Shown here: positions 38,101 to 50,928 of the stretch, one piece after another | Position numbering within the stretch: the stretch's first letter is position 1 | Layout: every line of letters starts with the position of its first letter | NCBI GenBank assembly: GCA_051362555.1 | Contig: CM120641.1 | Location: 12,214,001-12,278,000 of the forward strand | DNA length: 64,000 nt | Direction of reading: 5' to 3' | DNA from: Lingula anatina | Lineage: Eukaryota > Animalia > Brachiopoda | Translations under genes and position numbers: made by a program | Notes under the pieces: model-generated | Told to the model about the DNA's origin: nothing | What the model saw: the letters and a program-made list of their open reading frames with translations, nothing else | Database searches by the model: none

Positions 38101-38285
38101 AAGATTTCCGGGATTTCACAGTAAATGAATACCGTAATAGTGACCTACCTTATGCAAGTTAAAGTGCATGAATCCCACTGTGAGTTTGAAATCGGGCTAT
38201 AAAATGCTGATTCATGTATAAATAATAGCAAATGATTTCATTATCATTGACTTTGTATGAAAAATGTGTCTATTGCCTGTCTTAC

Positions 38286-38497
38286 CCCAGTTCAATCATG
38301 CTGCAGGCCTCAAGACACTTCTTTTCCAGATGGCTGTGTCTCATGACTGATGGGTAATCAAGTCCCCAAGGTGACACACAGGGTGGACAGGACGCCCGGC
38401 GCACTACAGCTGGGGATTTCATGGAAGCATCCATTACTGTTTGATAAAACTTTTCTTTTCTGTCATGGAGGTATGTACGATTCAATAATGACTGCAT
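38286..38497 (-). CDS. PDE1: Candidate alternative first coding exon MQSLLNRTYLHDRKEKFYQTVMDASMKSPAVVRRASCPPCVSPWGLDYPSVMRHSHLEKKCLEACSMIEL(G)
   Basis: 212 nt open frame ending at a strong phase-2 donor GG|gtaaga; GC-rich island. Confidence 0.62.
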
Positions 38498-39749
38498 TAA
38501 TGCCCACGAGTACCAGTGTAGAAAAAAAGCCTCTGCTCTAAGCTGTTGATTGAGTCAGTTTTGGAGTCTTAAAGATCATGCAACACTAAAGCAACCAAGA
38601 ACATGCAAATCAGTGATCTTCGTGTGCAATGATTGCTGTACTCAATTAGATGCAGGACAATTACTGTGTTAACTGAAACCCGTGTGCTTGCATGTAACAA
38701 TGCGTATATAGCTATGATTGTGCTTAAAGAACAGTTTAAAGGTCACAAAAAAGTAATCCACATTGAATCTATCTCCATCAAAATACTTATTAACATACAC
38801 ATCAAACCCACATGTTTTTTTCTACATCCATCAAGAGGCAAATCAAGATGGTCAACATGCTAGTGGTGATTTTCCATTCTACATCTCTAGAGTCTTTTGT
38901 TCACACATTTACTCAAGTGGAGCAGGAAGGGTATTCATTATCACAGTCAAATGACAGACATTCCAGGGAAACTTCACGGAACCATTGACTTAATGGTTAC
39001 ACACAGCGAGTGATGTTTTTTATAGAAATTAATGATTAATGAAATATACCACATAATATAAATTCCCTTATGGTCGAAGCCTTAAAAACTAGCATACAAT
39101 TTATATTTGCAGAAAGGGTTTGAATGTTTAAAACTGCAAGTGCACTGTTTCAATACATTTCTTGAAAAAATCATTATATGTCAGTTTTACCATTCTCTTG
39201 CCTTTGAACCTTTTGAAGAACAATGTCATAATGAAGATTGATTACATTTTGGATAGCTACATTCTTTTAACAAAAAATGTCTTCTATCAATTATTTGACC
39301 TTTTATCCAAAGATCTTTCTTCAAAATTCTGCCAGGTTATCACATTACCCATTGATATTGTGTAGCTTCAGAACCATCTCAAGAGAAAAGAAATCAAGTA
39401 ATCAAACATTGCATCTGCATTTCACCTATATCAATATCACTAATACTTAACATCTGATGGCTTTATACAAATATTAAGACTCACATGTCAATGTCATGTA
39501 TTGAAGGCATTAGAGTGACTACTCAACTATTATGCACTTCACTGACAGCAGTAAATAATTATTTTTCAAATACCTTGGTTCCACATTTGGTAATGTGTGG
39601 AGGGCCTCTAATAACCATGCTGCAACACCAGAAAAAATTCAGGTAAATGGAGACATTTTGTGAAAACCCAGGTTCAAGACACCACAAAAACTTGGAGACA
39701 TTATGAGAAAACCCAGGTACAAGACAGCAAGATAACTTGGAAACATTAC

Positions 39750-39841
39750 CGTCTTGGAATCTCTGCAACTGACTCTCGCTTTTCCTCCATCTTGCTTTGT
39801 GCAGTAGCATCACTGCCAGATGTGTCTCTACCTCCTTCCAT
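39750..39841 (-). CDS. PDE1: Candidate alternative first coding exon MEGGRDTSGSDATAQSKMEEKRESVAEIPR(R); other in-frame ATGs at 39895 and 39790
   Basis: Open, protein-like frame ending at phase-2 donor CG|gtaatg, which restores Arg. Confidence 0.58.
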
Positions 39842-41660
39842 CCTGGGCTTCACTTTGTCTATATCTACAGATACATGTACCAGCACTACACACATACAGC
39901 AACCTCCATCTGTGTACTGTAGAAGGCAATCTGCTGAGCTATGACACAGCTTGTCATTTTATCTCTCCACCCTCTTCTTTACACCCACTAGCTGTGACAC
40001 TGAACACCAGTACTTATTAGAATATTGACTACACAATCCCCTGTTAGATATCTCTAGAGGGCCTGCATTAGGTAGATATCTAATTTGTAAAGGTTGCCAA
40101 GCAGAACAACCAGGTTCACCTACCCTAGCCAATTTTCCCATCACTTATCACAAGGCAGGGGTTGGACTCCCCAGGGACACCAACAGCCATGGACATTCTG
40201 TACTGACAGTTGACCCAAAATTGACCGGATCAGATAAAAGGAGTCTCTTTCATTGCAGACATGACAAAGTACCTGCATTATGTAGGCATCACATAGAATT
40301 CAATTATAAAAAATCAAAGCAAAACAAAAAACTGACTGCCAAGTTTTACTTGGCAATGACTGACTTTCTCAGGATATATAATTTTTCCTTGTAATACATC
40401 TATATGCATTCAAACACAAGGGAAAGTGTAGTTTAACATAATTCACCGTAAAATGGTATAATATCATTGTAATTACATGGTCCTCTGCAATGATTCTTGA
40501 TATCCCTTCAAGGTAAAAAATGAAACATGCCTCCAACATCTTGCATTCTTTTTGTGATAAAACTGAATTTGCACTCATACGTGAACAACATCAATACAGT
40601 CCTTATTAGCCAGAGTTCATATCTTGCTTAATTCAAAGGCAAAATTAATTGGCTCTTAGATGTGTAGTTCAATATTTCCATTTCATTGGGCTATAAGACA
40701 CATCTGTTCAAAAGTAGGAATTCTCTCTCTCTCTCATTATAAACAGACTTTTGAAAATAGCCAATCTGCAGAGGCATAGCGTTGACTTAATATAAACACA
40801 AAGATGCTCCAACATGCAGGCACATAGACAACAAACTTTTTTTTGGACTGCATTATAGATCTGAGAGAATAATTTAATGTGAAGGGCTCTTGAGCCTCAG
40901 GATGGCAGTGATTTAATGCCACTTATCAAATCAATTGATGGTTATTTCCTTTAAAAACATACTGGATTAGTTCTGGTGGTTCAGTTTGCTCTAGTCTATA
41001 TGCACAAATACAATAAACTTGATGAACAATTAATTAGATCAGGAGAAAAACTCTAAATAATTTCACACCTTGATGAAATCTTCCGAATCAGTGACACGTA
41101 TTAAAAATTGCACTGCAAGTTTGTAGACATTCTGACATACTTCAGGTCACGTCACACATATAGGTATGCAATGTTTAATTGACCTTGTGCACGTATCGAC
41201 TGCTTACTTACACTATAGAAATAATGAAGTCATTTTCTACTCAATCACATATATGCATGGACAGCAAACTTGTACAATTGCTGCAAGTTCTATGTGTTTG
41301 TGTTTCATCAACATTAAATGGTAAAGGAAGGGAGTTTCACATGGCACGAATCACCTCTCACTTCTGCCAAAATATTAGGAAAAACTTCAGACAGTTATTC
41401 AGCAAAGATATGTTGTTCTTGGACTACAGGGTCTGGCCCTGTTAATGTCTGATGTGACACAGATGGTCAGAGCTGATGTGTGCTTTGCAATATCTTCATT
41501 CAAACAAACATGGGTAAAATGTTTAGGAAAAGTTGTTGGATCCTTCACAAATATATGATCCTGCCTACAAGTACATCTTATCCCAGATGTATATTTCTCA
41601 ATGGCAACTTACCAAGTTGGCAAGATAATTTCTTTTTGGTTTCTGTAATTCAGTTCTTAC

Positions 41661-41853
41661 CTTCTAGAGCATAAATGTGATGCCTCTGGTGTATCGATGG
41701 CTGGCATGTTGTCTGTGCTCAGGTCCATGACTGCGTAATCCTGACCCACACCACTGGGTGGTGTCCTGCTGCCACCAGATGGAGATGGTGTCCTGTTCTC
41801 CAGCGCCGATGGACTTTTCTGTGTGTGCCTCGTGAGGTAATTTGTCCCAGTCT
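41661..41853 (-). CDS. PDE1: PDE1 upstream internal exon TGTNYLTRHTQKSPSALENRTPSPSGGSRTPPSGVGQDYAVMDLSTDNMPAIDTPEASHLCSR(R)
   Basis: 193 nt, GC-rich and open, acceptor ccaattacag, donor AAG|gtaaga, phase 1 to 2, joins 24001 in frame. From memory, MPAIDTPEA...RLR resembles the LPxxDxPEA...RLR segment of long PDE1C-type isoforms. Confidence 0.88.
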
Positions 41854-42928
41854 CTGTAATTGGAAAGTATTAAACATTAGGCTATCATTTTTCAGTGCAA
41901 AATCTATTGATCATTATTGTTTTAATCTTGGTTTGGTGATTATGAAGGTTAATTGTACTGTTACATGGTCAACTACTCAATATGTATGGATATATTCTAG
42001 CCAGTAATTTTCCTGGATCAAACTAATGTGCATTTGTAAAATGGTTTATAATGCTTCTCTTACTAACAGCTAGCCTCTAACTATACAAGAGAGATATTTC
42101 AGCATATGTTATGAACGCAACTATAACAGATATCAATCTTCAAATATATGTTTTTGGGGTACATATGTAGGCCTATGCTTGCAGGCGCATGCAGAAAGTA
42201 CTACAAGTACTACATATCAGTGTTTGTAAAAGCTTGTGTTATGTTAAAATTGTACTATTAAATGTCAGATCTAAATGCTATTTTTTCCTAGAACCTCACT
42301 TGATAGCTGTCCATTTTTTGCTGATATGCTGCTGTCATCTTTAGACTTCTCTGGAGGGTTTGCAACTGTAAAATAAATAAATAAACAGGGCCATTTATTC
42401 AATCTTTCACTTCAAATTCATTAAAGAAAGGAAAAAAAAACTTTCAGATACAGATTCAGTTACAGTTAGAATTTTAATAAGAGAGGGATGAGTGAAAGAA
42501 ATTGAAAAAAAAAAGTAATGTGCTAGTAGAGCAAGTTCTGTGTCATTGTGTTTGGTTGTTCTCTTGCTCAACATATTCTCTAACACAATTCCTTGACCGT
42601 TCTTTACACAGAAAGCTGTCTCTGACCTGTTCCTCAAAAATAGTTACCATTTCATTAACAAAGCTGCTCCAAGTTAACATGCCTTAATTTACTATCTTAA
42701 CCACAAAAATGCAATTTGAGCTTTTATTATTTTTTTTTTAATATTTTTCTTGCAGGAATGTCTTTATACTCGAAAAGGTCAGTTTTACACATGAAATTAC
42801 TCTATCCAATCAATTACTAGTCAATTCTCCACTGATGCCTCTACAGACACTTTTTTTTAAATCCAAATTTATGTTAAAATACTGGGACTAGTGGTGGAAC
42901 TCTTTCTATACCTATATCATGTAAGCTT

Positions 42929-43640
42929 AGGGATGATAACTTTTTAATAAATTTGGGTGAATTTTGTAAATGTGTCATTACTTGCCTTAAAGTGTGGTAC
43001 ATGGGATGTTTTTGTTGTCTTTTGAAAATATTCATACTTTCTTTTTGATGTATACTTGTATCTCATAGACATATAACAGCCTTTGTCTAAACAATTCTAT
43101 TTATATATCTGCTCAAAAGTAGCATTTTTACACAAAGTGAAAATTCAGGAATACTCGTGGTTGATAATTACCACAACAGTGATGCAGGAAAACTCGTGGT
43201 TGATAATTACCAATGCAGTGACGCATTTTAATTTGATCTCAAAACTAAATTCTTAATTTATTTATTTATTGTATTATTTTATTATTTTACTCTGTATATT
43301 GCTCCAAAAGGAAAATGATTTCCGATTTTTATAATTGGCTAAATAAACTCTTATCTTATCTTATCTTAACGTTGCTATGGCAATTATTGCTTTGTAAATA
43401 ACACATAGAAACAATATTAATTCCATTTGACCAACAAAACAGGGGTTATTGCAATTATTCTTAAGTCTGTGCTTGCCATCAGACCACCTGGACCTTCATA
43501 GATGGCTACGTTCCGTAAAAACCACACTTAAAAAAATCAACAAACTTTGAATGTTGGAACAGATTCATTAACTATTGGAAAGTATGGGTAAATCATTGTT
43601 TACCTCAGTAAATCCATTTGATGGAACTTTTCCACTAAAA
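42929..43640. mobile_element. Longer, diverged relative of the Kolobok-like MITE
   Basis: AGGGATGATAACT...AGTTGTCATCCCT|TAA ends; 3' body (actttgaatgt...gattcattaac.attgg.aagtatggg) is shared with the two copies above. Confidence 0.55.
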
Positions 43641-43941
43641 TGAGGAGAGTTGTCATCCCTTAAATATATTCCTTCAAGCCAGAAAAATGTTATTTTTTCT
43701 TTTTAATGTGAATTCTTTCATTACACTGTTGATAAAGGACCACTGCAATGTTGTAGTTTTATACAATTCTCCAAATTTCATGACTAATACAAAACTGTAA
43801 ATTAAGGCCAAAGTGTTTTATATTGCTAGTATTAGTTATTGACTTTTAATGTCTGTTTCAGCTTCAGCTGTTAACATTCACCCCTACACTAAAGTACACA
43901 TGTAGAGGAAGACTAAGATGGATCTTTTAGATGACTAAAAT

Positions 43942-44493
43942 CAGGCCTACCCAACTACCAGACTCGGCACCTAAGGATCCTGAATTAACCGGTATATCGG
44001 ACCACGCTACCCGTTTTCAAGGTGTGTGTCAGATCGCATTTCGGAGTATCATACCCCAGAACAAATTTTGTAGCACGACTGTGGGCTCATCCACGCTCGG
44101 CTGAACAACCTTAAACTGTACTCTTACTTTAGAGTACTCTATTTTATTGTCTCTATGGGGATATATGGGGACTTTACGACATTCGGTTTGAATGTTTTAA
44201 CCACTTTAGATAGGGCTTTTTTTGCATTGTATTAGATTAATGTGGCAGTCTAAGGTTCATCTAGGTGGCTTTCAAATTAATGCACCCGGTTTTAAAATCA
44301 TACAGCGATTTTACGACAATCGTTTACTATCCAATCAAGGTGACAGCCGAGCATGCCAGGGCTCATCCTGTCGGTGTTCTGGCTGATACTCTGAAATGCG
44401 ATCTGACACACACCTTGAAAACGGGTAGTGTGGTCCGATATACCGGTTAATTCAGGATCCTTAGGTGCCGAGTCTGGTAGTTGGGTAGGCCTG
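43942..44493. mobile_element. MITE with about 110-bp TIRs, CAGG ends and 5-bp TSD (hAT5-like)
   Basis: TIRs CAGGCCTACCCAACTACCAGACTCGG... differ at two positions by my reading; AAAAT duplicated on both sides. Confidence 0.88.
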
Positions 44494-44545
44494 AAAATGG
44501 TAATTTGATTTTTGAGTTGACTTTAGAAGATTATCAGCTTTCAAT

Positions 44546-44812
44546 AAGACTGGGTTCCCATCTCTAGATCAATCTAACAGGATCAGTCCATCTTCACAGG
44601 GTCCTTTGTTGAATTGCTTTAAGCCCAAGGAGCTAAGATGTCTGGGACGCCCACTCAAACTGCTAAATGATAGTTAATTACCCCCTATCCTCCTCAGCAG
44701 GCATGACAGACATCTAAGCTGCCCAAGATAATTGCAATTAAGCAAGAATCCCCTCGAAGCTCCAAAGTTTCGATCCAAAGTTAGTACGATAGAGTCAGGG
44801 AATGGTCTCTTA
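44546..44812. mobile_element. Degenerate palindromic MITE (TAAGACTGGGTTCCCAT family), copy 1
   Basis: Shares its 17-bp terminus and internal motifs with 45825-46101. Confidence 0.5.
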
Positions 44813-45399
44813 TACCCCGTTCACACTACAATCTGAAATATCCGAATTTTTGCAATGCGAATTACGGGTGAAAAATCCGATTCTGTTGTCTGGCCATACA
44901 CAGCAAAGGGAAACCGAATCGTGCACTGAAAATTCAGGTGGAGGTTCCGCTTTGAAGAATTGCGCATGCGCAGAATCCATGAAAACAAAAATATGGCGCC
45001 AATCATTGCTCTTCTCGCACTCAGTTTTTTTTCTCGTGTGTTTGTTTTTGGAACATCAAATTTAACCCAAAAGTCGTCAAAAGGAAGATTTAAGTAAGAT
45101 CTGGAAGAATTTGACAGATACAAGAAGGAGAATAGCTGGGTTTCGATGGAGAGTGTGGGTCCACTGACCTGGCATGTTGCTTTTCTTTCCCGCGAGATTT
45201 GCTAGTGCATGCGCAGTGCGATCTAAACAGGTGGCCCTTCCGGTAAAGTAACCGAATCGCTGGAGAGAATCCAGCTCGCTAGTAGGATTGTTGGAAACCG
45301 GTTTACAAAAATCCTCATGCATTCAGACTACCGCAATAATTCGAATCTTGACCTAATTCGCTATTTAACCGGTTAAATGACTGCAGTGTGAACGGGGTA
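44813..45399. mobile_element. PIF/Harbinger-type MITE
   Basis: TIR TACCCCGTTCACACT/AGTGTGAACGGGGTA, TSD TTA, CpG-rich body consistent with a young insertion. Confidence 0.82.
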
Positions 45400-45516
45400 T
45401 TAGACCTACAACACACGCCCAAGCAGGTACACATGCAGACGTACACACTAACTGTACACATTTTTAACAAAAAATCCTTTAATTTTATAAAAAATAAACA
45501 GACATGCAATCACAAT

Positions 45517-45519
<3 letters not shown>

Positions 45520-45572
<53 letters not shown>
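45520..45572. repeat. (CA)n microsatellite
   Basis: Seen directly. Confidence 0.95.
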
Positions 45573-45574
<2 letters not shown>

Positions 45575-45752
45575 GCCGGTAGCTGGGGGGTGGGGGAGGG
45601 AGGGTTCAATAGACCTGCCCCCCCCCCCCCTTATGCCTGGACAATGTCCACTCAGGGTAAAATTTTATCTAGGCACACTAGGGTTTCATGGTAAAAGGTC
45701 CACTTTTTTCAGAAAAAGAACCCCCCTTTTGAAATTGCTGGATATGGACCTG
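45571..45752. mobile_element. Diverged copy of the 33501-33684 MITE, next to a (CA)n tract
   Basis: Shares atggtaaaaggtccactttt..cagaaaa.gaac.cccc...gaaattgctgg..a.gg.cctg with 33620-33684. Confidence 0.7.
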
Positions 45753-45824
45753 CATACAAACACACTATCAAAGGTCCATTGAATGACAAAATTGCAACTG
45801 ACTATGCCTTATTTCCATCAGTGT

Positions 45825-46101
45825 AAGACTGGGTTCCCATACTTAGATCGATCCATCTGGATCGACCTAATTCCCTGGGGGTTCGCGCTAAATTGATATC
45901 AGCTCAAGAGGCTTAAATATCTGTCATGCCTACTGAATCAGCTAGGGGTAAAGATAATTACTGTTACAGTTTTACTAAGCGTGACAGACGTTTAAGCCAG
46001 TTAGTTTGATAACAATTTAGTTAGACTCCCCAGGGAGATAGATCGATCCATATATCTGTGATCCATATATCTGAGGTCCCTAAAACCTGCGTCAAGTCTT
46101 A
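45825..46101. mobile_element. Degenerate palindromic MITE (TAAGACTGGGTTCCCAT family), copy 2
   Basis: TAAGACT...AGTCTTA ends and internal inverted gatcgatc motifs. Confidence 0.55.
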
Positions 46102-47241
46102 CGGTAAAAAAATGTTTTTCAAGCAATGTTATTTCTAATGGAGTTTTAACTGGATTACAGCCTAACTTTTTAGGTAACCCTTAGAAACCTTTGATCACAC
46201 TGAACAAAACTGACTTAAAGCTGGTCTTTGTTATATCAGCTTACACATTAAAAAACACCTTGAGAATCTGGCCTAATTATCCTTTACATTTACTTCAAAG
46301 TGAAGTTCTGCCTCATTTTTTAATGGATGAGTTTGGTGATATTAGTTTCTTATATGTCATTAAAAGACTATGTGATACCTTCTACGTAAAATCGTGTCTG
46401 TCACAAGTTTGGTGTACCTTTTAACAGGCACAATGTCTGGCAGGGTGGAAGTTTGAGCTCTATAGTACACCACAGAAAAAAATTTGATATCAAGTTAATG
46501 TTGCCCTTGAACTGCTAAGGTAATGGTCCATATATGATTGTAGATAGAACACACTCCATCATCAAAATGTAACTTGGAATTACAGAGATTTTATAGGGGG
46601 GCTGCAATCAAATGCATCCTTCCCAATATCTAAAGGCTTAAATGTTTTGTATAAACTGATCTAAACAAAACAATACATACAGTTTTTTAATGAGGAGAAC
46701 AAAATTTTTAGATTATGAAGATTGAGCAGTCTTATATTAAGATATTTATATTAATTATCAATGGAGTATTCATTAGAATTGCCATGCTCATACATAAAAC
46801 TAAAGAAAAAAAATACAAAATTCTGACCAATGTAGTGTACAATGATCGTATTTCTCATATGGTTACAGCATTTATGAGCTCAGTGTGTGTCCATCCAGTA
46901 ATATAGCAACTGAGTGATACCAGCCACATAGTTTAAGGGAACTCCAGACAGGTGATGACATATAAGCTCAAAACCCCAATTTAACTTCCTCTTCAACTAA
47001 GGTGAGGTCTGAGATATCTGATACTACAAAAGTCATGGAAACAGCTAATAACAGATTGGGTTCCTTGATTTAGTAAGAAAGATGACAGGCCTGCCACAAG
47101 GATAGAAGATCCCTCAGGTGATTATCATATACTTGAAGCCCAAGAACACTACAGTGCTCAAGATACACCTCTCTCAATCTCTCTCCTTCTCTCTCATTTT
47201 CAGCCAACATATTACTGTATTAATGCATGTTTTCTCCCCTT

Positions 47242-47344
<103 letters not shown>

Positions 47345-47931
47345 CTACCTTTAAATCATGTTAAAACATCAGCTTATATACACTTCCCAATGTGGTAACC
47401 TGTTGATAGACACATGCAGTGCCACTAATACTACAAGGTTTGTCTTGTTCACTCACATTAGACAATTTACTTGACCCAGGTGTACCAACTCCTCTAACAT
47501 TAGCTTCATAGTCAATAGAAGTTTAATGATATTGAAACTAGTGATCATGTAATGATAATTACAGACCCTTATACATTGACTAAATGCAGATCTAATCAAG
47601 AATCCCAACTTCTTTTTATCTTTCTTTCTTTATTTTATTTCTTTATTTCTTTATTTTTTATTTATTTATTTTTGCATGAGGATATGATAAGCTTTATAAA
47701 GCAAACCATATATACAATTTCTGCCTTTCATTTCTATGTGTTCCTCTCACTTAACTGAACTGGTGCTCTCAGATGCTGATTACAATCTGATTTCATTTCT
47801 AATGCCATAAATATTGGCAGTTCAGTACAAAAAGTAAGATTGTAACTCCAGCACAGTGTAATGCTGTGCATTTAGCACTAATACCTGCTGGTTTACTATC
47901 TCTGGTATCTTGTAGAAAAGAATGCCCTTAC

Positions 47932-48103
47932 CTTTCCTGGAACAGGCAGTTATAACCTGGGGTATCAGGTGTATTAGCTTGGGATAAATTTGTAGCAGCT
48001 CCTTAATTGACAAGTAACACCTAGGCCTATGCTGGTCATTCAGAGGACAAACAACTAAATGCAGACACTGTTCACATATGACAGTTAATTTCTTAGAAAT
48101 CAT
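47932..48103 (-). CDS. PDE1: Candidate alternative first coding exon MISKKLTVICEQCLHLVVCPL...VITACSRK(E), joining exon 41661-41853
   Basis: 172 nt open frame ending at strong phase-1 donor AAG|gtaagg; no homology recognised. Confidence 0.35.
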
Positions 48104-50928
48104 CTGAGATTTAAATGTGACCGTTGAAGTCGAGCCTGACTGACAAGTTACATGTGGAATTCATTTTAATTTTAAGAGTACATTTGCAAAGCATAAAAAG
48201 CAGTGGCATGTGTGAATGTTTATGTCATTGATTATATTTACTAGATATAATTTCTGAATTAGCCCTCTTCCTACACTGCTATCAGTGGCATCAATGTTGG
48301 TTTGCACCTTATAACACAAAAAACTCGTGTCCAACCCTCGTGTGAAACACTGTGATTGAGATAACTACAAAAGCGTGGTTGTTGCGCTGCATATGCACCT
48401 TCAAAATGTTATTAGTTTCAAGTTATTATGTTTCACTATGATTTTTTCACTTTAGTTAATGGTTTGCTGACTCTTAGACAACCACAGGTAGAACAATTTA
48501 AATCAAATGTAGATTTTTTCTGCCTCTCAGCTTATTTCTCTTTCTTGTAGGTTCCAAAGAGCAATCTACAACGAATCTGGCTTGTTTTATGTTGCTACAA
48601 TACAAACAACCTACCACATCACAACCTATGCCTCCTGCAGTGTGACTCATGACAGCCTCCAGCAGGTGGCATTAGTGGTAGTGTCTCAACTTTGCGTCAA
48701 TGCTGATGTCCTGATGTCCGACATAAATGAAGAACCTATTGCACCAAGAGTTAAAACTGTGCTGCAACAGCATGCAATAAGGGTCAATAACCCAACTTCA
48801 TTACAAGGCAAATCAAGCGATTTTACGTACATAAATTATTTATTGAAAATGTGCCGAAGCAAAAGTTTATTGGGTTTGAGTGCAAGTAAATATTATGTTC
48901 ATACACTCCCATGCCCATGCTCAATTGACCGTAATCTGAAACTCTGGCCTGTATATGTTTGATCCAGATTCCAGCATTTGGATCTAAAATGTTTATTTAA
49001 AAGCTATTTAAACTTCACCACTACTTTTTATTTAGGAATCACCATGGACCAAGTGTGCACAATTTGACATGCTTGTACCAAGTTGAATTCTGAGAATTAC
49101 TTTATGACTTCAGAAGCCAACCTGTAGGCAGGGCAAATAAGAGCTTTGAAGAAAGTTTTGGGGGTTGCATTTCTTAACTTTTTCTCAGAAATATACCCCC
49201 CCCCCCCCTTTTTATTACCGGTTATACATTTGAGTAGTACTGTTGGTAATTTTTCTGGAAAGTTATAATCAGTGCCTACAATTATTACAGTATATTCCTG
49301 TTGCTGTCTAAGATTGCAGTCATTAGCAATTTAAACAGATTCATGTAGTATAGTGTATCAAAACATTTCAGAATAAATAACCCTTCCTGTAAATCCTTGT
49401 GGATATATACATGCATGAAGTAACTATATTCAGCTTTTCATTAATCAGAGATGTGTAGTTTTTGTAATTCTATAAATCTCAAGAACAAGCACAGATTCCC
49501 AGTGACGGCATACCTGTTCTGCTCAGACTTAAGACTGACGCAGATTCTAACAGACATAGATAAACTGGCTTTCTTGTTGAGGGCAAACTTTAGGTGTTTA
49601 ACGTACCTCTGACGCACTGACGTAACTGTTAATGATAACTTAAGGTGTATGACCACACCAAGGATAAAAACAATTTACCTTGCCTCACAAATATTTGAAA
49701 AAACTGATGGGACAAGATTAATTGAGCAACTTGAGCTGAGAAACATTCCACATGCACACACAGTTCAATATAGCAAATGATAAAACATATGTTTCTTTGA
49801 AGTTGGTGGAATATTTAGGGGGCACATGCCTCCCCTTGGCTGCACTAAAATTATCTGGGAGCACATTCTACTAGTAGAAATCAACCAAGATGTCCTAAAA
49901 CAAGGCTGTAGGGACTGCATGACATCATGCAAGAATAGAAAATGTGCGAAATCTGTGTGAAGTGAAGTTACTTCCAATCAAGCAGGTTGAAACTCTATGC
50001 GTTAGGAATGCTGCAACACTGGAAGAAAGTAATACAAAAGTGACATGTAAAACATGCTGAATTTATCCATACTGTTGTGCAAACTACACAGTTATTTGAC
50101 AGAACTTAAAGGCAGTTTGGAGATATGAGCCAAAATTAACCAAATTGAAAATGTGTTATAATGTATTCAGTTCATGATTTCCAGCTAAACGGACGTGTAC
50201 CACCTTTGACTGAAATGGTAATTAAAAAATATCAGATCTGGTGTACCTTATAATTCCTATGTTAAGCTTCAATAAGCAGGACTAGAAAAAATATAATGCA
50301 ATCTTTAGATTTTTATTTTCTCAATGAATTAATGTCAGACATTCCTTGCTATCCACAACCAGAAAAATATTTGTGGATAAATCACCTTAGCTTTAATTAC
50401 TTGCTGCAACACACTCGCTAGTCTGCCATTATTTCTGACCCTTTTTTACACAAAATTCTGCAAAGTCTATTTTTATTTTATACTATTTTGTGACAATTCT
50501 CATAAGAAAAAAATGACAAACCAAATGAATCAGCTGCTTTTACCTACTGTGCCTCCCTCTCCCATCTATATACATGTGCTATGTATAGCCCCACGCCTGT
50601 CCACGCCATACCACACCCTTCACCCCTTCCTCCCCAAGGAAAATCTTTGATCTGCCGGAGAAATATGGCATATCTTTATCTACACCTTCATATCTGTTGC
50701 TGGGGCAATTAACATACACCAGGCTTACTTATTATTCATTGTTAGGATATCAAATAGCTACATGTCTTTGGAATCTTGGAAAACATGTCTTTCCCTTAGG
50801 TTCTACATGCACTTGAACATCAAAATAAAAACATTTTATGGTCTTTACCTTGGCCATTTATTATACTGAACATGGGTTATAATCATCTTTGTAGGTTTTA
50901 TAAGTCAGTGCCAGGTATCATGTCATAG

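Noticed and set aside
44802-45509. Several overlapping ORFs in the CpG-rich MITE
   Set aside because: Short, with no DDE transposase or Myb/SANT motifs recognised; the element is non-autonomous.
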